Shown here piece after piece: positions 1-12,606 of a stretch of DNA of 64,000 nucleotides. Numbering within the stretch: the stretch's first letter is position 1; each line of letters begins with the position of its first letter. Below the pieces are notes generated by a model. It made no database searches, was not told the DNA's origin, and saw only the letters and a list, made by a program, of their open reading frames with translations. Source of the stretch: Syncephalis fuscata S228 (taxonomy: Eukaryota > Fungi > Zoopagomycota); the NCBI GenBank assembly GCA_025786725.1, contig JAHLTZ010000014.1, positions 186,001 to 250,000 of the forward strand, read 5' to 3'. The position numbers and the translations under genes were made by a program.

Positions 1-1823
1 ACCATTAAGTGAGGTATCCAATTCGAATGTTAGTGGCAAGAGTGAAGTTAGTATTGAACTTGCATTGAATGAAGGTCCAGGCACGTCAAAAGAGAAGCGA
101 GAACGGGCCCGACGACGTGGTGATCAGTTAATGGAAGTACGGTTTTTTGTACCAGGTATGGTACAGGCCGATGATGGAGAAGGTGACGAAGAGCAAAGTG
201 CAGCTCAGGTAATTATTACTTTATATATTTATATATATATTGCATTATACTATACTAATATTTGTATTATAATAATAATATAGCTATTCTATGAAACAGT
301 CAAGACAAAGGCGGAACTTGGTCAAGTGGCGGGTGAATATGTTGTTCGCTTTCATGATGTATTTAGTTTATCACCACGGTAATCAATTAATTATTTCTAT
401 CTATTTAATAGCTAACTATATGGTTATATAATAATTAGTGCACGATTTGAAGTTGAATTCTTTCCTACTTTTCTACGCATGCGTGGTAAAACTTATGACT
501 ATAAGATATTGTATGATACAATTACGCGTATGTTCTTGGTACCACGCCCCGATGATATCCACGTTTACTTTGTGGTAAGTAGTTATAAATATATACATAT
601 ATGTATATATGTATGTATTAGTTAATGAATACTTGTTAATATATATTTATATAGATCGGTATTGATCCACCTATTCGACAGGGTCAAACTAGATATCCAT
701 TTTTAGTATTCCAATTTTTAAAAGAAGAAGAAATTGATGTTACACTTAATATGGATGAGTAAGTTATTAAATAGAGAGAGAGGAGAGAAAGTACATATTT
801 AAATGATACTAATGTTATATAATATCTATTTAGACAAGAATTGGCTAAATATGAAGGAAAACTTGAAAGCAGCTATCACAACTTTACTTATGTTATTGTG
901 AGCACCATATTAAGAGCATTAACAGATAAAAAGATTACTGTACCGGGTAATTCATTTAATAGGTAAATATAATCATATAGACTATAATAACCACTAATTA
1001 ATTAATTAATTAATTAATATAGCCACCATAATCAAAAGGGCGTAAAATGCTCGTTAAAGGCCAATGAAGGTTTTATTTACCCACTTGAAAATTACCTACT
1101 TTTCCTTCCAAAGCCTGTAACATTGATACCATTACGGGATATAACTACTGTTGTATTTTCACGGTAATTGATAGGATACAATTAGTTAGTTAGCTACTAC
1201 GTATTAATATTGGTAATTAGTGTTGGAAGTGCCATAACAAGTTCACGCTTTTTTGATGTCAAAATTAATACACGATCTGGTACAAGTCATCAATTTTCAA
1301 ATTTAAATCGGTAAGTATTTAAATAATACGAATAATATAACTATTATTATACTAATTAAACTAACTGATCATCAAAGTGAGGAATATACCAATTTCTTGG
1401 AATATTTGAATACAAAGGGTGTCAGTGTTCGTAAAGATCAACCTGAAGAAGTAAGCTATTGATTAATAGTTAATCACCAATAGTCAACCATTAATCATTA
1501 ACTAATTTGTTATTAGATCACATCCTATGCAGGTATGGATGGTGCCGATAGTTCATCTGAAGATGAAGGAGCAACACCAAGGAAACGTATACGCGGTGCT
1601 GATGACGACGAGGATGAAGATGAAGAAAGTGGTTAGTATAGTATACACAACACTAACAACATACGCTTAATTATTACTAATACACTATTTAGCCGATGAA
1701 GACTTTGTTATTGAAGATTCAGGCAGTGATGTACCCGAGGAATTTGACGAGGAATATGAAGGAGCCGATAGTTCTGAGAATGAAGGAGCACCAGCATCAG
1801 GAGCAGCGGCCGATTCTGATTAA
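1..1823 (+). CDS. POB3: FACT complex subunit Pob3/SSRP1 (5' end outside window; multi-exon)
   Basis: Spliced translation gives [58 protein letters not shown] and an acidic C-terminal tail; about 10 short GT-AG introns; stop TAA at 1821-1823. Confidence 0.93.
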
Positions 1824-1964
1824 GACTGAATACTATATCGCGCCCACTCTATCTCTGCATGACTATTAAAATAAATACACATTATCATTTATGTTTAACT
1901 TTAATATATTTTATTACTAGTCATTATAGGGCTGGCTGTAATGAACAGTATAGAACAAATAAAA

Positions 1965-2735
1965 TTAGTCGATATAGGAGGCACGTGGAGATAGTCGAAC
2001 ACCTTCCGGTAACGCTAACAATTCATCCTCAGAGAGATCGCCTAAGAAAGGCACCGTCAAATCGTCTAGATTAGACTTCTCTTCTTTAGGCTTTACAGAA
2101 AGTAATGGAATGGTTGGTAGATTGTCGAGTAGTGATGGAAGTCGATCGAATGGTTTAGGCAATCCATTCGATGCCAGTCCACCTAATGGTAGAGTAGCCG
2201 GTAACGTGGCTAGTACCGGTGAAGATTTATCCATAGATAATGATGATGGCTGTTTCGGTAATTGTTGTTGTTTAGGCTTTTTAGATGTTTCTTCTTTTGG
2301 TTCAGTTGTCGTAGATGTTGATGTGGATTGACATTGACCATGTCCATTAATATCATCATCATCAGTAACACAAGTGGTGCCACGATTACATTCGACGGCA
2401 TCGTTTGATGGACACTTTATTAGAACACCCTTTAATTCAGGATGACAAAAATTGCCGGCGGTTAACATTGCTCTATCTTTACATAGACTAGTGGCATGAT
2501 TGGCACGGGCCAGTTTATGACACTGTCCAAAGCCGTCACATCCCGTAACACATTGACCCTCTTCACAAGGAATCATCTTCTCATTGGGACACGCGTAGAT
2601 GGCGGATGGAAATCCGGGTGCACAATAATGACCGGCCGCTCGATTAACACATACATTAGATTGAGCAGCTACATGGCCGGTATACGTGGCCACAGTGGCC
2701 GTCATGGCAAATACCACAGCAATCAATAGCTTCAT
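1965..2735 (-). CDS. Secreted Cys-rich protein with two tandem Cys repeats and a Ser/Pro/Leu-rich tail
   Basis: Single-exon 256 aa ORF; hydrophobic signal peptide MKLLIAVVFAMTATVA; two repeats of C..R..G.(Y/F)C.P.....I..CP......C..G..CVT..D..GQC. Confidence 0.8.
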   Translation of the reverse strand: MKLLIAVVFAMTATVATYTGHVAAQSNVCVNRAAGHYCAPGFPSAIYACPNEKMIPCEEGQCVTGCDGFGQCHKLARANHATSLCKDRAMLTAGNFCHPELKGVLIKCPSNDAVECNRGTTCVTDDDDINGHGQCQSTSTSTTTEPKEETSKKPKQQQLPKQPSSLSMDKSSPVLATLPATLPLGGLASNGLPKPFDRLPSLLDNLPTIPLLSVKPKEEKSNLDDLTVPFLGDLSEDELLALPEGVRLSPRASYID

Positions 2736-3136
2736 TGAATAATACGATTAGAATAATGAATAAATCAGTCAATCAATCAATCAATCAATCACAATATAGT
2801 AAAGTATATTTTGAATAAAGAGTATAGAGATCAAAGGTGTAGCAATAGCAAATAAAAGGGTATTTAGCTATTTGGTAGTGTTCATTATTAAATGATCGAT
2901 CCATCAGTCATTTAATTGTATACAAACGAGTAGAACAATTAGAATCCCTTACATTCATTTATTATATTGCATTAAAAAGGGGATATTCAATTACAGCCTT
3001 TCTTTGATCCTTCTACTTCACTACTGCTATTACTGCTATTAAGGCTGTTTCCACCTAGTTACCTCCTTTATATTAACTAGGGATTTTACTTGGATCCAAG
3101 GGGCTAGGAGCGATAACAACATACATATTGCATTGA

Positions 3137-6100
3137 TTAGATTTGTGTAAATGTTTGTAATAGTTCAAGACGGCGACGTGCTTCATCGGGGACGTTTTGA
3201 CTGCCACCAGCAATTTCCTTAATCGTTCGTATCACTTGTTGTGACTCGCTTTATTTCATTTAAAATAAGTAAAAAGAAATTGTTTTTGTTCTAACTTACC
3301 GTGCGGCTTGTGAATAGTCTTTACGTTCATTAACCATAATCTCTAATATATTATAGAGTCCGACAATTAAATCACTATAATGAACGATGGATTATAGGTT
3401 ATTAATGGTAGTACAAGCATTTCTACTTACGCTAAATAAGATGATAGCAAGTTACGGCCAAGACCAGGCAATTCTGAACCAGGTAATGTAATGGTGCGCA
3501 TACACATAATGGCATGATTGCGGTAATCTTTAAGAGCAAAGCTCTTTGGATCTTCGTTAGCAGCCTCTGTTAGTGTTTCTAATTCTTGTTTGTACTTTGG
3601 TGCTACAACCATGGCAAGTTGATGTAGCAATGTACGAGCAAAATCAAATCGTGCATGTTCCTATTATATTATATATAATATTAGTATATATCAACTATAA
3701 ATTATAATGAGTACTTACGGCAATAAGTTGCATGGCTACTTTGAAATATTCATCATAATGACCAAGATCTACAAGGGCATTAAGATAGAGTCGATTGGTA
3801 TTTGCTGCCACTGTTCGTTGATCACGTCCAATAGGTGCAATGTGATCTGCAGTAAGATTACTATCACGCTGACGGGCCTTGTTAATTTCACTATTAACAA
3901 TAATCAATAGTTAACATAATCCGTTACAACAGTGTATAGTAATAGGATATAATATTTACATTTCAAGCCGAATCATGGCTGCTGTCTGTTTATGATCTGA
4001 AACTACTTCTTCCATCTGTCGTTGTACAATGCGACGTTCATCTCGTTTAGAAGATCGTTTACTGCTTTCATCCATTGATTGTATTGAATCGTTAGGAGAT
4101 GCTTGTGGTGCATTAGCATCTTCGTTATTATGTGTATTATCGAATACAGTAGGAAATAGAAGTAAATGAACTACTGATGCCAGTGTAGATGTACGTGCTG
4201 CTCGACTCTCCACTAATGATAAACCAAATTCAAGTCCTTTAATTCTATCTGATTTCATGATAACTTTAAGCATATCCTAATAATTGAATTATGTATATAT
4301 TATTATTGTTATTGTTATTATTCTATAACTAGCTATTCATTTATTTATTAAATAATAATTTACCTTAATTAGACTTGAATCGAGCGAACGTGGATCTGCC
4401 GATAACACACTAATAATGGTTCTATAAATGCAAGTAAGTATTTAATAACAAACTGATATTTTGTTACATACGATTCAAGCGATAACAATGTATTGACATC
4501 ACCCTTTTGAATATAATCACGTAGATTGATCTTTACCAACATCATATCTAGCTCTTTCTTGGCCTCTTTAGACGGCTATTATAGAATATATAAGTTGTAT
4601 TGTAATAATTGTAATGTAATAATTGTAATGGTAATAATAGCAACTTACCGGTTTGGCCAAACGTAAATTGAATCCTGGTGGTAAGAACCAGGAACGACGC
4701 GCTAGTTCACGGGGAAATCCATCAGCTGCTTCAGCTGGATTGACTGCTTGTCGTCCATTTGATGAAGATGATGAAGATAGTGTCCATGCACTAGGATCAA
4801 TAGCCGGTTTGGGCGTTAATAATTCAAGAAATGTTTTTGCTTCTTGCATTCTACGTAATAACATTAACATGTAAGTTGTCATTTAGTAATATACGTATTT
4901 ATAGCATTGCTTTAATTACCGTTGATCATTACCCGGTCGTTTAATCCATGCCGCTACTTGTCGGTGTCCCGCGTCCAAGTCTCGTGCATATACACTTGTT
5001 TCAATAGAGTATTCAACTGGATAGTCTCTTTCTTCGTATCTACAATTAACTAGTTAGTTGATATCCATACTATGGCATGTAACTTACCGATGCATTGTTG
5101 ACATTTGTAATAAATCTGATGACATACTAAAACTGCGTATATCACCCATATTAGACATGGCATAATAAATATCTGGTTGAATCTTTGAACTAATCACTAT
5201 ATCATTTGATTAGTAGTTAATATAAATATTAATTATATAAGCATTAACCAGTTACCTTTAACAACACTACTATCAAATAATGGTGTTGATTCAATCGTCA
5301 ATTCAGAAGATACTTCACGCGGTCCAGCTTCTGATTTCTCTGATTTTAGACGCCAGAGTCGGAATCGTCGATCAGTGGATGCAGAGGCTAGCATGTCACA
5401 ATGAGAGTTTGACCATACAATCTAAATACAGTAGACTATTTAGTAACAACGGCTAAATGTATACATATATATATATAAATATATATATATAGCTACTGAC
5501 TGAATTTACACTGCCATAATGTTCATTGATGGCATAAAGAGGACGTGGACTATAGCGAATATCATAAAATTGTATACAATTATTATCGGATGCACTAGCT
5601 AACCAATAAGGAATATATGGATGCCAGGCGATATCACGTATTGTATCTTCATGAGCCCCTCTACTTTTCCAAATCTATCATATATTGTTATTGTCTATTA
5701 TTTGTAATCTATAATGATGACTTACTACTGGTTTGCCTTGTTGTCGTGGATCAATTAATGATATACTTTTATCAACGCCACCAAGTGCTATTAATTGACA
5801 GGCCGGTTGTGGATGCCATGCCAACGAAAAGATAACATCTGATGATACCTAAATAGCAATTAATACATTTTAATAATAAACCATTCTATATGTCTATATG
5901 TCTATATGTATACCTTATCTGATCGAATAGCCGTATTTAAATTATTCACATCCCAAATACTGACTGACTGACCAGCTATGAAAGCAAATTGGGAACTGCC
6001 ACCGATTGGATCATCAGTTGAAGCAAATTCTACACGATGTACTCGTCCTGTTTGAAGATAACTGCTATTTGCTGATTTATTTAACTAATTCTTCCTATTA

Positions 6101-6770
6101 ATACAAATATTGCTATTTTGTATTAGTTTGATGCTATTACTTACTTTACTGGTTCGGAAGATGGATTGACCTACGTGATCTACAGCATCACTTGCTGAAC
6201 TACTACCTGGATGGAGTCGTGAATGGTCAATTGAATAGACATGGACTGTGTTATCAATTGAACCTGCTAACAGTGTATGACCCGACCAGGCAAGTGAATG
6301 AACTGGACCCGGGCATGATACAGTGCTAATCAACTAAATAGAAATACAGTCATATAAATCAATATCTGTTATATCTGTTATATATATTATATAGTATATA
6401 TATTGTATAACTTACTGAGAATTCGCGCACTTCTGGTGGATCAGGCGTTTGCACAAAATAAATAGTAGTATCACGACCGGCTGAACCAGCTGCTAGTAAT
6501 GAGCCCGCCTAAACAATATCATTTTGTTAGTCGATATATGACAAGCCTTGTATAGATGGTGTAGATAGCTTACATTTGAAGTTGCCAACGAAGTAAGACA
6601 GTGACCATCATCAGGTAATAGAAACTGCGTTGAACGAACTGCACTGTTAACAAGCAGTATTAGTAGTTGCAGTATTAGTAGAAGTGTTAGACGCTACAAG
6701 CTGTAGTTTGTCTACTTGAACACGATAACTTACTTGGCACCTTTGACCGCCGGTGCTGTTCGCCAGCCAT
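3137..6770 (-). CDS. WD40-repeat protein with helical C-terminal region (multi-exon; exact exon borders uncertain)
   Basis: Exonic segments VHSLAWSGHTLLAGSIDNTVHVY, AWHPYIPYWLASASDNNCIQFYDIR and IVWSNSHCDMLASASTDRRFRLW are WD40 repeats; GT-AG introns throughout; probable ATG at 6770 and stop at 3137. Confidence 0.75.
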
Positions 6771-6831
6771 CGAGTTGCGGAACAAGTGATGCAGATTCCG
6801 CCTGGTTATCCTGAGAAACAACCATGCTATA

Positions 6832-6841
6832 GTACTAGTAC

Positions 6842-6876
<35 letters not shown>

Positions 6877-6895
6877 ATAGCAATAATAATAATAG
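6832..6895. repeat. (AGT)n/(AAT)n microsatellite
   Basis: Direct run of tagtagtag... upstream of the WD40 gene. Confidence 0.85.
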
Positions 6896-7559
6896 AAGTA
6901 AGTAGTAAGTAGTAAGTAGTAGTTGAAATAAAGAAAGTGTACAACCCTGTGTACAGCCATAGATCCATCAGCAATAGATCACGCGGATAAATCATCATTC
7001 ACAATAAGCATTAATAAATGTAATAACATTATCATTTTCATAAAATATAATTAAATGTAATAGAACATTGTATTAATAATATTATTAAACATTTCAATAA
7101 ACAATGTAACATACTATTTGATTTCATTGATATATTTAAGGTTGATTGTTGTTGTTGGTCATGTGTAGAAAGATTGATCAAATATTAATAAAAGCCATAT
7201 GATTGCAATTCCATGTCATTACATATTGATTGTTATTGCATCTACGTATAGCATGTAGTAATGCAGCTAAATGATCTTTCTATTTTCCAATATTCTAGTA
7301 TTGTATTTTGGGCATATTTGTAATGTAAGATCAGTATTAATATAATTATTATAAAAGTCGTTTATTAAACAGCGATTTCCTTATAGTCAATCTGACTAAA
7401 TAAATGGCATTTTAAACAATTAATATCATAAATGACAATATATATATTAGAGCAATAATAAAAATAGCTAATTAATTACATTACTGTATTGGTAATCACA
7501 CATAAATTAATTAATGTTGGATGCAATATTATACATGTTATACTAATGAAATGAATAAA

Positions 7560-7926
7560 TAAAAAATGTGGGAGTCAAAGTACGGTAGAAATATCAAGGC
7601 CATTTAACATCAAATGTCTTTATTATAAAACATACTACCAATAAATTACTGAGTGTAATAGGAAATACAATAAAAGCTGATGTTTCTTAAAGACAAGTGT
7701 AGTCATAGAAAGTGTTATTAATAGAATAATGAAACATAGTCATATTCTAGACGATGAAGCAATAGACCAATGGTTTATATGAATGAATAAATAGTGCGAT
7801 GTTAATGCCAGCAGAAACATGCACAGTATATTCAGTACAATGGCCAGTGGTGAACCAAGGCCTTCTGATTTCTTACCATCTATTAGTATAAGAAATCAAA
7901 CTGACACTATTGCATCAACATCATAA
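7560..7926 (+). pseudogene. Degenerate C-terminal fragment of a TnpB/Fanzor-like nuclease
   Basis: Frame-broken pieces HLTSNV, KCSHRKC (7695) and DVNASRNMHSIFSTMASGEPRPSDF (7798-7872) resemble the Zn-finger and RuvC-III RDxNAxxN...G..RP..F tail of TnpB/Fanzor; stops and frameshifts lie between them. Confidence 0.4.
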
Positions 7927-8273
7927 TTAAATGTAATATTCTATTATAAGTAGCATGAAATACTATTTAACATTTATTAACACTGATATTGGATATTGGA
8001 AATAGTGCTGATTAATTAAGACACTGGTTAATTCAATCGGATATGATACTACTTCAGCAAATACCACTTCTTAATAGTAAAAACTAATTGATGATTTATT
8101 ATTTGAGTTATAAATCTTTTTGTCCCAGTTTAAAGCAAGGAAGTCAAAGGAGTAGCTCCAGATCTAACAATGATTTAATAAAAAACACGTATTAGCTATT
8201 TAATAAAATATATTAATTGTTTAATAGATATATAAATTAGTTGTATGTAGACAGTAAATCATCGGTAATTTAT

Positions 8274-11184
8274 TTATAGTTTAGCTTTAGTGCCATCTTC
8301 AACAATCTGGACGGCCGCATTAGAAATAGCAATGGCATCGCGTTCAACAACGCGAGTCTGGAAGATAATCTTGCCATTCTCACGCCACATACTCGTCTCA
8401 AGCGTCTCTCCTGGGAAGACATGCTTGGCAAAACGTGCCTTAATTGATTTGAATTTACTCGTGTCATTGTTGCAGAAGGCTTGCAATACGTGTTTGCCAG
8501 CGATAGCAAATGAGCAAAGTCCATGAAGAATGGGTACTTCAAATCCACCGATAGCACTCATCTCTGGATCAAGATGCAATGGATTCAAGTCGCCACTTAG
8601 ACGATAAATGGCTGCTTGTTCCTCGGTTGTCTTCTCCGTGACAATAGCATCAGGCTTGCGCTTAGGTGGCACATTGCTGGCCACGGCCTCAGGAATTGGA
8701 TTAGTGCGCTTTGCTGGTCCATTAAAGCCGCCGGATCCACGAATGAATACAGTCGATTCATTATAAAATACATCCTTGCCTTGTTCATCTCGGCTTGTAA
8801 CACCAAGTACAACTACAGCACTCTTTCCTTTGTCTAGAACATCAACAACACGCACCGTCTGTGTCAATTTGCCTGAAGTTTTTAATGGTGCACGGATTTC
8901 TAGGTACTGCTCGCCGTGTAGCAATAGCATAGGATTAAATGATGGCAAGAAATCATTGTAAGGGATTTCGTTCATACCGCCAAATGCTGGAATAACACCA
9001 AAGGTTGGCAGTGGAGCAAATTCACTCGAGTTTTCGTAGATGAATGGCAAATCTCTACGCTTACAGCCGGCACCTAGCGCATAAAGGATAACATCGCGTT
9101 CTGTGTAAGTAAAGTCGAATGGATTTATGTCAAGGCTCTTGGCCTTTTTGACAACACTACTCTCTTCTGATGAAGCATCAGCGCTGCCGCCCTGTTGCTG
9201 TTGACGTAAATAGTTGTCATAAAGACCTTGGAAGGACTCTTGTGTATTGGTTGGATAGGTAGCGTGGCCATTGTTAAAGTCAACAATTTCGGCCCATCGA
9301 GATGCTATATGCTCAGGCAATAGTGGACGGTCAATTGGGAAGCCGTAGCCGCCGGTACGTTGCCAGCGTACATTGGCAATCCAGCCACTACCGACTTCAA
9401 ATACTTTACCAGTATCTGGACACGCTTCGTGCGCAAGGAAGGCAACGAGTGGTGCAACATATTCCGGTTTTAATGCTTCGACCATCTCTGGTGGCATAAT
9501 TGTTGCCGTCATACGAGTGCCAGCATTAGGAGCGATGGTATTAACAATAATGTTATTTTTGCGACCTTCAAGCGCAAGTGTGTTGCTTAAAGCAAGAATA
9601 CCGGCCTTTGCCGAACTATAGTTAGTCTGGCCAAAGTTGCCATAAAGACCAACTGCTGAAGAAGTATTAACAATACGGCCGTATTTTTGCTTAACCAAAT
9701 ATGGCCAGGCAGCCTTAGTAACCTTGTAAGTACCGCGTAGATGCACACGCTGCACAAGGTCCCAGTCAGTATCGGATATGCGAACAAATGATTTGTCGCG
9801 AAGAATGCCTGCATTGTTGATTAGAATATCGACACGGCCAAATGCTTTCAGTGCCGTTTCAACAACCTTTTCGCCATCTTCGACTGAGTCGTAGTTAGCG
9901 ACAGCCTTGCCACCAGCACGAACAATCTCATCGACAACAACGTCGGCAGCACGCTTATCGTTGCCAGTACCAACGGCAGAACCGCCAAGGTCATTAACAA
10001 CGACCGATGCACCAAGTGAACCGAGTAGCAAAGCATAAGCGCGACCTAGACCGCCACCGGCGCCAGTAACAATCGCTACCTTGCCGTCATAACGAAGATT
10101 ATCGCCCTTTGGATTACCAGACAATGCCTTGGCCTGTTCAAGTAAACCAACCCAATCGGTATCTGAGATGTTTTGTGGGTATGCTGGTCGGCTAAAATCG
10201 TTGATTTCGGCCCATTTAGTGCCAATAGCACCAGGTGTAAAGGTTTTATCGGCTTTAAAGACAACACCAGCGCTACGTTCACGGCGCAGCTTTGATACAA
10301 AACCGGCACCGAGTTCAAATAGACCGCCGTTCTCTTCTGTCGACTCGTGGCAAAGATAGCTAACCAAGCCAGTGATATACTCGGGCTTAATTGCCTTTAG
10401 AATCTCTGGTGGCATTACAGTTTCTGTCATACGTGAGGCGGCAATGGGTGCAATACAATTGCAATGAATATTATACTTGGCTCCTTCACGTGCCAATGAG
10501 CTGCTTAGACCAGTAAGTGCCAATTTTGCTGGTAGCATATAGTTAGTAATACATTATAATATTAATTCTACTAAGCATTTATTTATACAATAAATGCCTA
10601 TTAAACTAGCTTACCTGCGCTATAGTTGGACTGGCCAAAGTTACCGTAGATACCGGCGGCCGAAGCAGTCATAATAATACGTCCAAACTTTTGCTTGCGC
10701 ATCAAATCCCAAGCAGCCTTGGTTACTTTGTACGAGCCACGAACGTGTACCTCTTGAACAAGGTCCCAGTCTGCATCGGTCATGCGATTGAACGACTTGT
10801 CACGGAGAATGCCGGCATTATTGATAATAATGTCAATACGGCCAAATGCCTTTACTGCCGTTTCAATAATACGCTCGCCGTCGTTAACCGAGTCGTAGTT
10901 GGCAACAGCCTTGCCGCCAGCACGAACAATCTCGTCAACAACTAGATCGGCAGCACGAGTAGTTGTGCCATTCTCCTGCTTTACAGTACCAAGGTCGTTA
11001 ACAACAACGGAAGCACCACGAGAGCCAAAGAAAAGCGCATAGGTACGGCCAAGACCTATTTTGTATTTAACAGTTAATATAAAATACAAACTAGGCTGGT
11101 AGCTGCTTTAGAGCAGCGATGCTACTTACCGCCACCGGCTCCAGTAACAAGAACAACGCGATTATCAAAACGATAGTCAACCAT
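8274..11184 (-). CDS. FOX2: Peroxisomal multifunctional beta-oxidation enzyme (2x SDR dehydrogenase + MaoC-type hydratase 2)
   Basis: Exons about 11184-11130, 11055-10615 and 10528-8274; duplicated [17 protein letters not shown]/GNFGQxNY domains; [14 protein letters not shown] hydratase motif; C-terminal PTS1 tripeptide AKL. Confidence 0.96.
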
Positions 11185-11829
11185 ATTGATGACGAAACAA
11201 GCACTTGACTAGAAGCTTAACGACCAAGTAAAGTGACGTGCTATTGCTATAGTCGTAGTTTATAAAAGAAAGATAGAAGATACAAAGTAGCGTAGTAGTA
11301 AAGAGTCAAAGACGTTCAATAGGCTACAGCCGGCGTATAAGATATCTTATGGCAACCAGCAACAGAAATGAAGTAAAGGATTGAAAAGGAGTAGTGGCCA
11401 ACACTACGTGGGGAACAAATAGTGCGTTTATATATCAATGATGACGCGCGTACAAACAACGGCATATTCAACTGCCGTATTTCGGAACTACGGAACTAAT
11501 TCGTTCGCTGTTTGTATGAGTGTGTGTGGGGAGGCCATGTGAAGAAAATTATTCATTAATTAGTTAGTTAGTTAATTAATTAGTAGTCATTACAGGCAAT
11601 ATACCCCTCTCGTGTAGACATAATATTATGTACACAAGTAAATTACTCAACAGCTTATATTCTTAATATGTGACAACTAGTGGCTAAAAGTTTTTAATTG
11701 AAAAACAGTATACAACTGAGCAAGCCTCTGCTAACCTTTTCTACAACAGTGTATATTTTTAATCTTAAAGTGGCAAACTATTATCATTATTAAAAACTAT
11801 CAGTGCTTATTAAAGATAGGTTTTAGTAT

Positions 11830-12070
11830 ACATGTATCATTCTATAATATACTAGACGTATTCGATTGCTTATATGCCCCAATATACTTCACTCGCTTCA
11901 CTCATTGTATTATGTACATTATACCTTCAACATCATTTTATATACTTTGTTACCGTACATTTATCATTGTATGTAGCATTCTATACTTGCATAGTCTTTC
12001 TGTATCAAAAACTGTTTTTATTTTTGCTCTAGCACTATTATTAATAGATGGCGACTAATCTCGCTCAGCT
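11830..12070. repeat. Copy of a dispersed AT-rich repeat family (homologous to 51770-52000 and 33850-33960)
   Basis: Shared strings atcattcta..atatactagac, tataccttcaaca, tatact(t/c)gcatagtctt, cgactaat..cgctca. Confidence 0.65.
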
Positions 12071-12606
12071 TGCCCATTAGACTATATTTATTTATTTAAT
12101 TGATAAAAGAAATAATATGTATAAAAATATTGGAATACAAGCAATTCACTGAGTGATGCATCGCATTATTGCATTATTCAATGTAAATATTGCAAAACAT
12201 TTTATATAGATCATTTAATGAATGCTATACTCAAATTGACTTGTGTCAGTGGCTAATACAATATATTTTTACAAGTTTGATATCAATACATCTGCATGGT
12301 TAACATTTGTTAGTCATTAGATGCAAATCAAACAATTGTATACCTGATAGTTTGATTACATACAATTAAAACAAATTATGCATTTATTACTAAAAGTCTG
12401 CATAGCCGAATAGGCACAACTAAATGCAAGTTTCTAACAATGTAAAACATGATTAAAAGCTGAATAGCCCGGCATTGGTTGGAACTTGATATGTGCATGA
12501 ACTAGACGGTAGTTGTCAAATGGTCTTGATTTTACCGAATGCATACCTAAATATATAGAACTAGTAGTCCAACTATACCATCAATGCTAATGTTTTGAAA
12601 CTGTGG

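Noticed and set aside
6687-6998. Poly-Thr membrane-like ORF
   Set aside because: Arises from translating the (ACT)n microsatellite upstream of the WD40 start codon.
8270-10945. Numerous 60-95 aa overlapping and antisense ORFs within FOX2 (similar ones in KOG1, RPA135 and the LPMO-like genes)
   Set aside because: Shadow ORFs of codon-biased real genes with no independent coding signal.
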